Part shown: piece after piece, positions 25,601-35,877 of the stretch
Layout of the letters: each line of letters begins with the position of its first letter
Numbering within the stretch: position 1 is the first letter of the stretch
Notes under the pieces: model-generated
Seen by the model: the letters and a program-made list of their open reading frames with translations, nothing else
The model's database searches: none
What the model was told of the DNA's origin: nothing
Made by a program: the position numbers and the translations under genes
Origin: Phoronis australis
Lineage: Eukaryota > Animalia > Phoronida
Assembly: GCA_002633005.1 (NCBI GenBank)
Contig: NMRA01000004.1
Span: 1,497,245-1,561,244 of the forward strand
Reading direction: 5' to 3'
Length of the DNA stretch: 64,000 nt

Positions 25601-27724
25601 CGGTCAATCATTCTCTAGTTTGAAAGTCATACCGACGACTTGGTGCTAATACCCCCGTCACACCGCAAGTGCGGTGCCACTGTGGTGGTTGTACGGCATG
25701 GTCTATGGGCGGTGCACCACAGGGGGGCGGGGGGATTTAACCCCCTTCCCACTTTTTTTCAGTGCTGCGCTGCCCATGCGCAGTACAACCGCCGTGCAAT
25801 CACCGAAAACGTAGACTGGCGACTTTGCGGCGATCTCGTGGCGGTTATACTGCGGTTATGTCGGTACTACCACGGGAGCACTGCGGGAACGATGGTACCA
25901 CTGCGGAGCCAGGGAGGAATTTCAAAAAATTGGCGATCTTACTCTGGTGCCACTGCGCTCCTACGGCGGTGCCGGCGGTGTTGTTGAGGTGCTTGTACGG
26001 CAATGGCGTTTCCATTGAGGTTGCACTGAGGTGCTTGCACGGTGCTACAGCGAGGCTATTTTGTAGTCAAAATGCTTCGGTTTTCTGCTCAAATTTCAGT
26101 GTTCTAAAAATCTTTAAACAGTTCAGATCAACAGTCAGTAATGAAAGCTCATTAGAATGACAGATAATTACAGCAGTTTGATCGTTATACAACAGTTTCT
26201 GTATGTGTGGTAACAGCAAGCAGAAGATAAGCAAGCAGTGATTGCCCTGAAGAAGAAGACGAGCAAGACGAAGAAGATGCTGGGTGAGAACTTGGCAGGG
26301 TGATGTGAGACGTGAGCAGTTTGGCCACTACAACCAGCTTATGGTCGAGCTCAGAAGAGAGGATCCAGCCTCGTTCCAGAATTTCCTCAGCTAGACTCAG
26401 CCCAAGATGTTTGATGAGCTACGCACCGCACTAATACCGCCATCCCCGCAGTGGCACCTCACTGGCCCCGCTGTGGTGACGCCAACACCGTTGTCCTGCC
26501 GCAAATGATCGCCGTGATACCGCCATCAATCCGCAGTGGTAACTCAATGGGATCGCCATGTCTTCAGTGACACCGCCGTCGTTCCGCCCTGGTTCCTCAG
26601 CACCGTGAAGAAAAACATGTGTGACGGGTAGGGGAAAACTGAACTAGTACTGGCGGGGTCACTACGGTGATGGCGGTTTTAACCAAAAACCGTAGTTGCT
26701 CCGGGTCTCTGGTGTGACGGGGGCTTAAGACTGAGGTCCGCACGAGCGCAGATAACGTTCACAAGATTGTGAAAATACCTTGGTGTTCCAGTTAAAAGCT
26801 GGCTAATACGGAGACTCTGGTCGTGATGGGACACAACGGGTCACAAAAACTATATGTAGTTTTGTCACTGTGTACGGACAGGCCTCCAGCCAAACCATCG
26901 GGGGAAGGGGCTCGTTTGAACCCCCCTTGGGTGCGCGCATGGGTTAACACAAGACCGGTAGTGGTGAACTTGACACAAGATTGAAGTGATTGGGTTCACG
27001 GCGAACACTTGGAAGAAGGCTTGACCATCTAAGCTTCTCATAAAAAACACGCACGTGTCTGGTAAAGCCCCCCTCCTGTAATGATGGGTCTCTTAGAAAG
27101 TATTCAGTGGAAAAAATCAAACCTGAGATGTTTCCCCTTCTACTTTCTCTTCTTGTGCAAACGCTTTTAACTTGACCGGAATTGGTGGAGTTAGTTTCGC
27201 ATATTCAATAATTTCTAAGTAATCCTTCAATGTTTTAATATCACTTGGTCTTCTGGCAATTTTTAAAGTTCTGCGAATGAGAAGCTCAAGTTTGTCGACG
27301 GCATTGTTCAATAGTTCGCACATCGTGTTAAGCAGGACCACCATTTTGAATAATTCGTACGCCTTTTCAAGTTTCTCGCCTTTAAAATTCGAATATTTCT
27401 TGAACATTTTCTGTTGACGGTAACTACCTCGCGAGGTATGCAAATCAATGACGTCACAGTATTGTAATGAGTGCCCGGCAGCGTGATACGCTACGTAATA
27501 TGTTGGAACATTACGATTCTCTCAACGAGATTGCATGAGAAAATTGTAAGAGGAGGGTTATCCAATTCTGAGGTGTCATTGCTGAAGTTGACGTCCGAGC
27601 TCATTAGACTACCGTACATCTCAGTGAAAGGGTGTAGGAAAAGGCAAAAACTGAAACTTTGGCCAATTCCTCGAATGCGAGACAGTCGGCGGGATTCTTA
27701 CTTAGATTTTGTACAATGCTTCAT
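22687..27724 (-). CDS. Multi-exon gene of unknown function, about 482 aa, with a charged low-complexity C-terminus
   Basis: Hand-assembled GT-AG exons: 27724-27702, 27650-27515, 27410-27123, 25380-25267, 24833-24732, 24111-23986, 23824-23768, 23392-23336, 23232-22687. The frame stays open across all joins. The first two exons and 23392-23336 are the least certain. Confidence 0.7.
25650..26725 (+). mobile_element. PIF/Harbinger internally deleted element inside an intron of the orphan gene
   Basis: TIRs TACCCCCGTCACACC / GGTGTGACGGGGGCT with TAA on both sides. Transposase N-terminal remnant WVRTWQGDVRREQFGHYNQLMVELRREDPASFQNFL...PKMFDEL at about 26281-26421. Confidence 0.88.
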
Positions 27725-27934
27725 CGCACTGTCGAAGATGAATAGCAAAAATCAATGAGGAAGACCCTCAAACGCAAAATAGATTTCATGTAAAATTGTG
27801 CGTAAAGTAACCTGATGTGTCAGTATTTATACAATGCAAATGAAAACAATGTATTACATAAATATTTACCTGAAGCCCTTGTCAATCTATGTCGTTTATT
27901 AGTTTGCATGGCAATAGTCTGAATGTGCACTACA

Positions 27935-28326
27935 CGGGAAGTGCACTAGTCAGAAAATATATAAGGTTTCAGCTCCTGGGTGTACTTTTCATATTGTTTA
28001 ATACACAATACTTTGGTTGTTGGTCACAGTATCACAAACAACCGCCCAGCAGATACTAATTCACTTTAATAGGGTTTTCGGCGGGTCCAAAATTGGACTT
28101 CACTAGAGTAGGCCTATGCCTTGAGTAGTTACAGCCTGATATTCCAAAAAACTGTGCCGAACTCATTCATGAAGACCCAGTCAGTGAGTCTAAATGAATG
28201 CCGGCAATTTTGTATTTTAATGTTTTATGGCACATTTCCGCCCTATTAGTGCACCTCCGAACTAGTGCACCTTCGGACTAGTGCTCCTTCGGACTAGTGA
28301 ACCTTCGGACTAGTGAGATGCTCCCG
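27935..28326. repeat. Probable MITE with a terminal 16-bp tandem array
   Basis: CGGGAAGTGCACTAGTC... at the left. Four to five copies of ACTAGTGCACCTTCGG at 28247-28316, ending GATGCTCCCG. No TSD seen. Confidence 0.5.
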
Positions 28327-29521
28327 TTTGTTATACAACTTTGAATGCAATCATTCTTTCAGGATAAAAACTAGTTGAGGATAATGGTTATCTTTTAGAT
28401 AAACTTATTCTAACACTCAAACATAAGTAACAATTATTGACGGGAGCTGAACTCAAAGACTGCATGGCATTTGCATCCAAGAAACAAAATTTGGATCTAG
28501 ACAAAATTTTAGACAATCAACAAAAACTAACAGCTTCATACGCTCCAACTAGACATAACAGTTTTACAGATTAGTGCAAACACCGTGTGAGACAGTCTAC
28601 AACTGCATTACATTTTCCTTCTAATGTGTTTTATGTACAAATACCCCTGTAACATTAAGCTCCAATTTAACAGACGCCGTTTTTTAGGTTTTATTCAATT
28701 AAGAATACCATCGGTCTGTATAGACCAGCAAATGCTTTTGACCAGGCCATGGGGTCATAATGCTGACAGGACAATGTCAAGGCCCGTAGCTCTTTTTCAG
28801 TTTCGTTAGTACTTAGTGAACTTTTTACAAAATTATGTAGCAGGATGCACAGGAAAGTGACAAATGGTTTTTTTTTAAGTACTCAAGATGAATGTTGACA
28901 AGGTTCAGTCCTCCTCAGCAAATTTGTGAGTAGCAGAAAAAGGTCGGGAAAATTCTTATAGTTAAAACTACAGTTCGTGCACTAAAGTATTTAGCCAACA
29001 AACCACGAATTAAACCACAAAGGCCTATATCTTAGAGCCATTAACAACATCGAAACCATCAGCGACTCGAATGAAATGTTTATTGCGAGTTCGAAAATGG
29101 CGTTTGTAACATTGGCTGTGACAAGCGAGGATCCCCATAATGACGTCAGGTAATTTTCATAACACTAAAGCTTCTGTTAATGCTTAAATGGTGGCGGGTT
29201 CCTTCAAATGTCATGAATCTATAAAGAATGTGTGTAAGCTGATTTCAAATGTACTACTTTCCCGAACTCGTACAATGATGGATATCTCCGACCCATTGAG
29301 CCTTACGAACTCCAACGAGTAATGGGTTATGACCGCGACTGCTGAATCAAATTATGTCTTCCGTATCAGTTTACGTGAACCTTAATTCACAAATGTTTTT
29401 ACCAAATTGAACTTTGGTTTAACTTCAACCATGCTATAAACATTCCCACTAAATAAGATTGGCCCAAACCCCGCCTATCAGGGTAAAAGGTGGGGTTTGG
29501 CAGATTGAACTAGACCGTATT

Positions 29522-29642
29522 TATCCACCTTGGCTCAAGATCAAAGGGATCCCGCCAAGCTGCTCTATTCATCGAGTCACGAGCGAGGATAATTGACTTC
29601 GCTCGTGCAGATATGATCACCTGATTACATTCTAGCGAGGCA
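29522..29642. mobile_element. Small Academ-like element with 9-bp flanking duplication
   Basis: Flanked by GACCGTATT (29513-29521) and GACCGTACT (29643-29651). Internal hairpin CACGAGCGAGG...CTTCGCTCGTG. Confidence 0.35.
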
Positions 29643-29879
29643 GACCGTACTTTTTATGGAGAGTGTTTCACATAGTTTTTAGTGTAATATTTGAAAAGAG
29701 GAGCGAAAACAAATATGAGAATTTGCAACACAGCAACACTCACGATTACTTTCATTTGGCGCGCACGAATACAAAAATATAGGACCCAAGTTATTTAGAT
29801 TTTGGAAAACATGCATTGCAATATTCAAAATACGTTTATTATGAATCATAGAAGCTGCAAAACGACGTTGTTTAATTTA

Positions 29880-30180
29880 CGTAGCACTTAGGCGGGCCGC
29901 AGCCAAGCTGCCGGAGGCAGCACGGGCAGGCTCCGACGTACATGTAGCTCTTAGGGGGACCGCAGCCAAGCTGCCGGAGGCAGCGCGGGCAGGCTCCGAC
30001 GTAGCACTTAGGCGGGAAGAAGACAAGCTGCCGGAGGCAGCGAGGGCAGGCTCCGGCGTAGCAATTAGGCGGGCCGCAGCCAACCTGACGCAGGCAGCGC
30101 AGGCAGGCTCTGGCGTAGCACTGAGGCGGGCCGCAGACAAGCTGCCGCAGGCAGAGCTGGCAGGCTCCGGCGTAGCACAG
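29880..30180 (+). repeat. GC-rich 57-bp minisatellite (5.2 units) with an internal hairpin
   Basis: Units start at 29880, 29937 (with a 6-bp insert), 30000, 30057, 30114 and 30171. Consensus CGTAGCACTTAGGCGGGCCGCAGCCAAGCTGCCGGAGGCAGCGCGGGCAGGCTCCGG. Confidence 0.95.
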
Positions 30181-30640
30181 GTCATGAAGTCACATCACTG
30201 ACCTAGCGAGCGAGGTAAAAATTGGAGTGTGCGCAGTATAAAAACGGTGAGTTCACGATTTTGGGAACTGAACGAGTGACTGCTCGAACAAAAAGTTCGA
30301 TAACGGAAGTATTTGTTCGAGTTGGAAGGAATTAAACACATCGCCAACCTCCTAAGGTGTCCCTCTATACGCAAAAGGTATTTATAACAACGTGACTTTC
30401 ATGCTTTAGCCAGTGCGAGGCTTAATTCGCCGAAAAGCTTCCGGCGTATGGAGCGCCCATAGGAGCTGCATCGCCTCTGGTTCGGGCCAACAGAGGCGAC
30501 GGTCATTGCCGACAGTAACCCGTGTTGTGAACTGCTGAACAGACTGCGTGCGAAACCGATGACGTCATTGGATAATTTCAATACCTCCGTCTGCCGTCAG
30601 GTGTCAGGTAACGCAACCGTAACGTGTCGTTATGGAGTAG

Positions 30641-30706
30641 CGTAGCACTTAGGCGGGCCTCAGCCAAGCTGCCGGAGGCAGCGCAGGCAGGCCCGGGCGT
30701 AGCACT
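30641..30706 (+). repeat. Isolated extra unit of the 57-bp repeat, directly abutting the AKR sequence
   Basis: One full unit plus CGTAGCACT, immediately followed by AG AAA CAC ATT ATG. Confidence 0.95.
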
Positions 30707-30717
30707 AGAAACACATT

Positions 30718-31458
30718 ATGTGGAGCATTGACGAAAGCCTGCGAAGACTTCAGACAGATTACGTTGATCTCTATCAAAGTCACGTGTGGGATCAGGCTAC
30801 CCCCCTCGAAGAGTTTGTCCGTACATTTGATGATCTTGTTCGCATCGGGAAGGTCCGCTACCTGGGAGCAAGTAATTACTGCGGATGGCAACTTCAGAAA
30901 CTTGTTGCTACATGTGACAAGATGGGGCTCAATCCCTTCATCAGCTTGCAAAGCCAATACAGTCTGTTATGTCGTGAAGTCGAGTATGAAATGATTGATG
31001 TTTGCCGTAACGAAGGTCTTGGCTTTTTAACGTGGAGCCCTCTGAGAAGCGGTTGGTTAAGTGGCAAGTTCCACCGTGGAATGGAAGCGCCTGCTTCAAA
31101 TTCGAGAATTGAACAGATGGAGACGAGGAAAACTAGTATTATGCCGTCTTTTGCGAAGCAAGGAAATGAACAGACCTGGAATTTACTTGATGTACTGGAA
31201 AAGATTGCCAAAGAATGCGGCAAGTCGGTAGCGCAAGTATCCCTCCGTTGGCTTCTGCAGAGAGATACGGTGGACTCTGTAATAATTGGCGCTCGCACGT
31301 TAGCACAGCTGGAGGATAACATGGGGGCCGGAAATGGTTGGGAGTTGTCCGACGAACAGATGAAAGTTCTGAATGACGCCTCAGATCCTGGCAAGCCGTA
31401 TCCTTACAACATGATACATATGATGAACGCCGGGCGTGGCGGTAAGCTGGGGCCATAA
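30718..31458 (+). pseudogene. Aldo-keto reductase (Tas/YajO/Kv-beta-like subfamily), 5'-truncated intronless copy; 246-aa ORF intact to the stop
   Basis: KHIMWSIDESLRRLQTDYVDLYQSH, GKVRYLGASN, QYSLL, WSPLRSGWLSGK, AQVSLRWLL, IIGARTLAQLEDN. The N-terminal part (DTAxxY, ATK) is absent and an in-frame TAG lies at 30706-30708. AATAAA at 31701. Confidence 0.85.
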
Positions 31459-31828
31459 GGAATGAACCATTGTCAGAGCATGGCGACGAGGTGATCCCGC
31501 ACCTGGCAAACGACTCAGATTTTGAAGAACGAAAGTATATTGCGTAGTACTGCTAGAAACTAAAAACATTAAGGAAGTGAAAAAATCGCACCAACTAATC
31601 TTCCCTTGTTAATGGGCAATGCGTTTAATTTGATTTAAATACTTAATTCTTTTTTAATATACTCTTTTTGAATTGAAACCACTAATCTTGTTCCTTAGTC
31701 AATAAACATTGCTCTTGTTGTCATTCGAATTGCGAGTACCCGGCCTCCGAACTGAATATTATCAATAACTTGAGAGTTATTTCAGAAAAGCATAAATCGT
31801 CCAGTGTACTTAGCTGTGTGATCGGATG

Positions 31829-32106
31829 CAGTGGTGGATCTAGGAAAGGGGGGGAGGGGCAACATGTTGCCTCGGGGAATTGGGCAAAGGAAGTCCGGCA
31901 GTTGCGAGGGCCGGGGATGTCGACCTCCTGTTTAGAAAATCTATCGGTGGACGAAAAAAAACACAATTCCGTTACCGATCATAGTTACTGAACTCAACAT
32001 TTCTCACGCACGCTTGACGCTGCTGTTGCTTCATTTTCCTTGCGGCAGCTAAGGAGGGAGGGGGGCAGGCCGCTTGGGCGCCCCCTCCCCCTTAAATCCG
32101 CTTATG
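31829..32106. mobile_element. hAT-like MITE with 5-bp TSD
   Basis: CAGTGGTGGATCTAGG...CTTAAATCCGCTTATG flanked by GGATG at 31824-31828 and 32107-32111. Confidence 0.7.
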
Positions 32107-32504
32107 GGATGGTATAGATTTTCCCAACCTCAACCTTCAACTAAGTTCAGTAAAGTATCATTAATTCTTTCCAAGTAAGTTATTACATAACAGAAACAAG
32201 TCCATACAGACATGTATTAACTGCTGTAACTAGTACACCTAGAGCTGACTGAGGCACATTCATACGTTTCACACACACGCACACACGAAACCTGTTTATA
32301 TTGTACACTAAATACTGTGCTAGAATATGGTTGTAAAGATTTGCCATTCGTTTTCAAAATAGTCTAAGCATTCATTTTTTGTGAAAATATATTTAAGCTT
32401 TTTCAGATAATGAGCCAATTCAATTTTGAAGACTACGATGGAATTTACCTAGCTGCGCAATCGGCGGTAGAAGATGTGTCCTCCCACTAAATTCAAACAT
32501 AACA

Positions 32505-33515
32505 GTGAAAGCATCTTATACTCCCATACTAGCTGGCATGTTTTTAGGTCACCATGAGAAAACATGGATTGAGACATACACTGGTCCTCACATCTATTTC
32601 TATCGACGATATGTAGATGATGTGTTTTGTATATTTGAAAATCAGCAGTCAGCCCAGGAATTTTTGGTGTATTTAAACTCGAGGCATCCTAACTTGAAAT
32701 TCAGTGTAGAATTAGAGGTCGATAACATTTTGCCATTTCTGGACGTGTTAGTAGAGCGTGAGGGTACCTCAGTGATAACATCAGTATTTCATAAGAAGAC
32801 TTACACAGGACTGTACACTTGTTTTCATAGCTTCACATCCTTTGTTTATAAAGTAGGTCTCATAAAGACGCTAATAGACAGGGTATATCGCATTAACAAC
32901 ACTTGGGCTAGATTTGATTCTAATATCAAAGAACTTACAACGAATTTGCAAAAGAATGGCTATCCCCTAGAATTAGTCAATAGGGTACTGAAAGCAAGAC
33001 TCCAACGTAACCCTGATGATGTTCATCCTGTAGACAAAACTAACTACAAGTACTTTAAAATACCCTATGTTGGGTTTTACGCCAAAATTGCTCAACGAAA
33101 ACTCAACAAATTGGTGAATGATTACTGTGTGAACTTAAGAGTTGTATTAACATTCAAGTCTCTAAAACTGTCGAGTTTATTTAACCCTAAGGACAAAATT
33201 TCTATGGGTCTACGGTCCAAGGTTGTATACAAATTTATCTGTGCTGGATGTGGCTCCAGTTATATAGGCGAAACTGTTCGCCATTTGAAAACCAGGACCA
33301 AGGAACATCTAAATTCTGACAGTAATTCACATGTAAATATTCACCTGCAGAGCTCCAATCATTGTTATCAGCAGTGCTCTTTCAATGACTTTGCAATAAT
33401 AGACCAGGCAGTAACAACAAAGGAGCTTAAATTTCGTGAGGCTTTACATATCAGTTGGTGCAAGCCCAATCTCAATAGGCAACTGACACACCACAGGTTG
33501 TCATTGTTGGTATAG
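32505..33515 (+). CDS. Penelope-like retroelement ORF (C-terminal half of RT + GIY-YIG endonuclease), 5'-truncated
   Basis: PILAGMFL, FYRRYVDDVF, LPFLDVLV, SVFHKKTYTG, LQKNGYP, VVYKFICAGCGSSYIGET...RTKEH, FREALHI...PNLNRQ. No internal stops. Confidence 0.92.
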   Translation: MKASYTPILAGMFLGHHEKTWIETYTGPHIYFYRRYVDDVFCIFENQQSAQEFLVYLNSRHPNLKFSVELEVDNILPFLDVLVEREGTSVITSVFHKKTYTGLYTCFHSFTSFVYKVGLIKTLIDRVYRINNTWARFDSNIKELTTNLQKNGYPLELVNRVLKARLQRNPDDVHPVDKTNYKYFKIPYVGFYAKIAQRKLNKLVNDYCVNLRVVLTFKSLKLSSLFNPKDKISMGLRSKVVYKFICAGCGSSYIGETVRHLKTRTKEHLNSDSNSHVNIHLQSSNHCYQQCSFNDFAIIDQAVTTKELKFREALHISWCKPNLNRQLTHHRLSLLV

Positions 33516-33720
33516 TTCATTGTCACTCCCTGTAACTGACTTTATCTCATTTTGGTGCTTCATTACTTGTTGCTGGGCCTAGCTAGGTGGCCACTGTATT
33601 ATGACTTCTGAGGATGGTGTTTAATAAATGACACCGAAACATGTCAAGTTTTAAATCCGTTGTTGTTTTCGTGAATCTAAATTTTTGCTTACAGAGTTGT
33701 CTACGGATAATAAAAACTCC
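32520..33720 (+). mobile_element. Penelope-like element including 3' pseudo-LTR
   Basis: RT/GIY-YIG ORF followed by a short tail containing a hammerhead motif, the established PLE layout. The right boundary is approximate. Confidence 0.85.
33603..33650 (+). ncRNA. Minimal type I hammerhead ribozyme
   Basis: GACTT-CTGAGGA-T-GGTGT(TTAATAAATG)ACACC-GAAA-CATG-TC-AAGTT. Stem I GACTT/AAGTT, core CUGAnGA and GAAA, stem II GGTGT/ACACC, palindromic mini stem III ACATGT, predicted cleavage after C33645. Confidence 0.85.
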
Positions 33721-34122
33721 GCTATTTTTGCCAGAAAGTGTTCAGGAAAGAACAGTCAAAGAACAAATGAATAATTTCCTCTGACCTCGCATGACAGAAG
33801 CTACATAGATCGGAATCACTATCTCCTATTTGTAATAATGGTTTGTTTTTTTCCTATTATTCTATGGACAATTCTCATCTGTAGCCACTTTAAACGTATG
33901 TCATTGACTGGGCTAAAGTCGAAAGCGTTGCATAAAATATCTTGCTACTCAGATTCGGACTTTTCAGTTACAAAATCAGCTTCTCATTTTGATAAAAGTT
34001 TGGCCTTTTATGTAAATTTTCAAAAAAAAGTCTCGTAAAAGCCCGAGTTCCCTTCTTATCTTGGGAATAGTAGAAAATTTGTTTGAAAATTGTTTATCTC
34101 TTTGCATTTCAGTAAGTGTATT

Positions 34123-34900
34123 TCAGTAACTGTAAACCGGAAAACCACGGCAACCAACCTCCACAGAAAAACTCCAACACTTCCAGCCGTTAACGTGGCA
34201 GTCACTCCTAAGATCTGTATATTTCAGGTTCTTCCGCTCATGTGCCTCTTCTACCCTACTCTCCCACGGAATGGTGAACTCGATCAGGATTATCTGGTGG
34301 GAACTGTCCGAATAAAGAACCAAGTCAGGGCACTGGGTAGTCTGGACAATGTGCTGTGGGAAGGATGACTGGTGACCGGCAAGATCAACCCACAATTTCC
34401 AGTCGTTGGTTGTGTGAAGGATGCCTTTTTGCGCTTGGTTCTTCCCCTTACTTGCCTCATCGCCACTTCTAAGGCTGACCACGCCTTCTTATCAGCTGCT
34501 AATGACCACTTGATTCGATTCTTCTTTGCAGTATCTGGTGGACCTGCTGAACTGGCTGGAACTGGATTCTGAAATACTTCAGCTTCTACTACTAATGCTT
34601 CCATCTGTTGCGTAGCTGGGAGGTCTTCTGCACTGTGGTTTGAGACCTGGCTCAACCCCTCTCACTGGACGTGGCGCCCAAGCGTTGCCTTGCAACCTGA
34701 CGTAAGCACTTCATCTTACCTTGGTGGATCTTCAACCCTCTTACATTCTTCAGAATCTTTCCACACACACAGGTTCTTGATGTTAAATCGGTGTTCGTAA
34801 TCGTAGTCCTATTCGGTCCGGTCGTTGCCGTTTGAGGTCTGTCGTTGGACTCTTCTTGCATCCTCCCTCTCGGAGAGTCCTGAGGTTGTCTTTCTGGTAA
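34123..34900 (-). mobile_element. HERO/R2-group (RLE-type) non-LTR retrotransposon, internally deleted (no RT)
   Basis: N-terminal zinc finger CVCGKILKNVRGLKIHQGKMKC and RIKW...AW, joined near 34470 to the restriction-like endonuclease GIL..DWKLWVDL...PDLVLYS...IEFTIPWE...AHERK..KY...VEVGCRGF. Confidence 0.85.
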
Positions 34901-35877
34901 CTTGGACGTAGCAATATGAATGGGTGTGCTCTCGCGAACACTTCAGACGAAATCTATTAAACCTGGAATTTTTTTCCTACTGAATATGCTAAAAGATCAA
35001 ATATTGTACTTAGACTAGTATTTTCTCTTATGAACCGTCCAGGCAAAAAAACAGTTTGGTCAGAATGAATAGGGCCTCCCAATAACTTTTTCATTCTAAC
35101 ACTGCAGCTAAACAGGCACTAAGAATTTTGTAACTTACATTTAACAGTGATATTAGACGCCAGTTTTTTAGGAATTCCCCGGGTTTATAGCCCTTAGGAA
35201 GTACTTTTACGACACCTTGCAATTGTGAGTCTGAAAGCACTCCTGTGCCAAAGCTGAGCTTGAATGTACGAAGAAGAAGAGGTCATCAGGGTTGGTGATC
35301 AATTCTTATAAGAATAAATTAAGGCATGCTAGTAGGTTTTTGTGGAACAACCGAGAGAACATGGTATTCGGGGCTTCCCACGGTGTTTGGGGTTACCCCC
35401 TCTCCTATAAGAATTTTTACAAATTTATTTGAGTAAAGGTGTGGTCTTCTTTGGCTGATTCCAGTGGAAACTATTACGATTTATGAGCTAAACTTTTAAC
35501 ACTGAAAATTGATGAAATCTTTGTTTATGCTGTTGAACATTTCTAGCAATAAATTAGCGCGTTTGTCGCCAGTCGATGTTTAATGTGACACAACTTATTG
35601 ATTTTCGACTGGACTTGCATAGTAGGCCTAATAAGTCGCAATTGCAACAAAATTCGGGGAGCTCATGTCGAGATTTTGTCAGATTTTGACAGAATTTAAA
35701 CAGACTAATCGAAAAGAAATGGGTCACATTTAGTCCATTTTGTGTGTCGAAAATTTGTCGGAATTTCGACGTGATCCAGTTTAGTTTGAAAACTGCAGTA
35801 CACGCTCAGTGCCCGGTTTACCATGAGCAAAATAATTAAGCTGCAAAAATACCGCCTTGTAGTCACGACATCCCATA

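Noticed and set aside
29877-30185. 102-aa Ala/Ser-rich repeat ORF
   Set aside because: A by-product of a GC-rich 57-bp (19-codon) repeat; no other sign of coding.
30894-31456. 166-aa and 105-aa minus-strand ORFs
   Set aside because: Antisense shadows of the AKR coding sequence.
30718-31458. AKR as bacterial contamination or recent horizontal transfer
   Set aside because: It has an AT-rich 3' UTR with AATAAA and sits among metazoan repeats, and animals carry this AKR subfamily natively. A phylogeny would be needed to claim HGT.
32407-32490. Exon-like stretch (TTTCAG|IMSQFNFEDYDGIYLAAQSAVEDVSSH*)
   Set aside because: No partner exons or recognisable homology found; too short to support.
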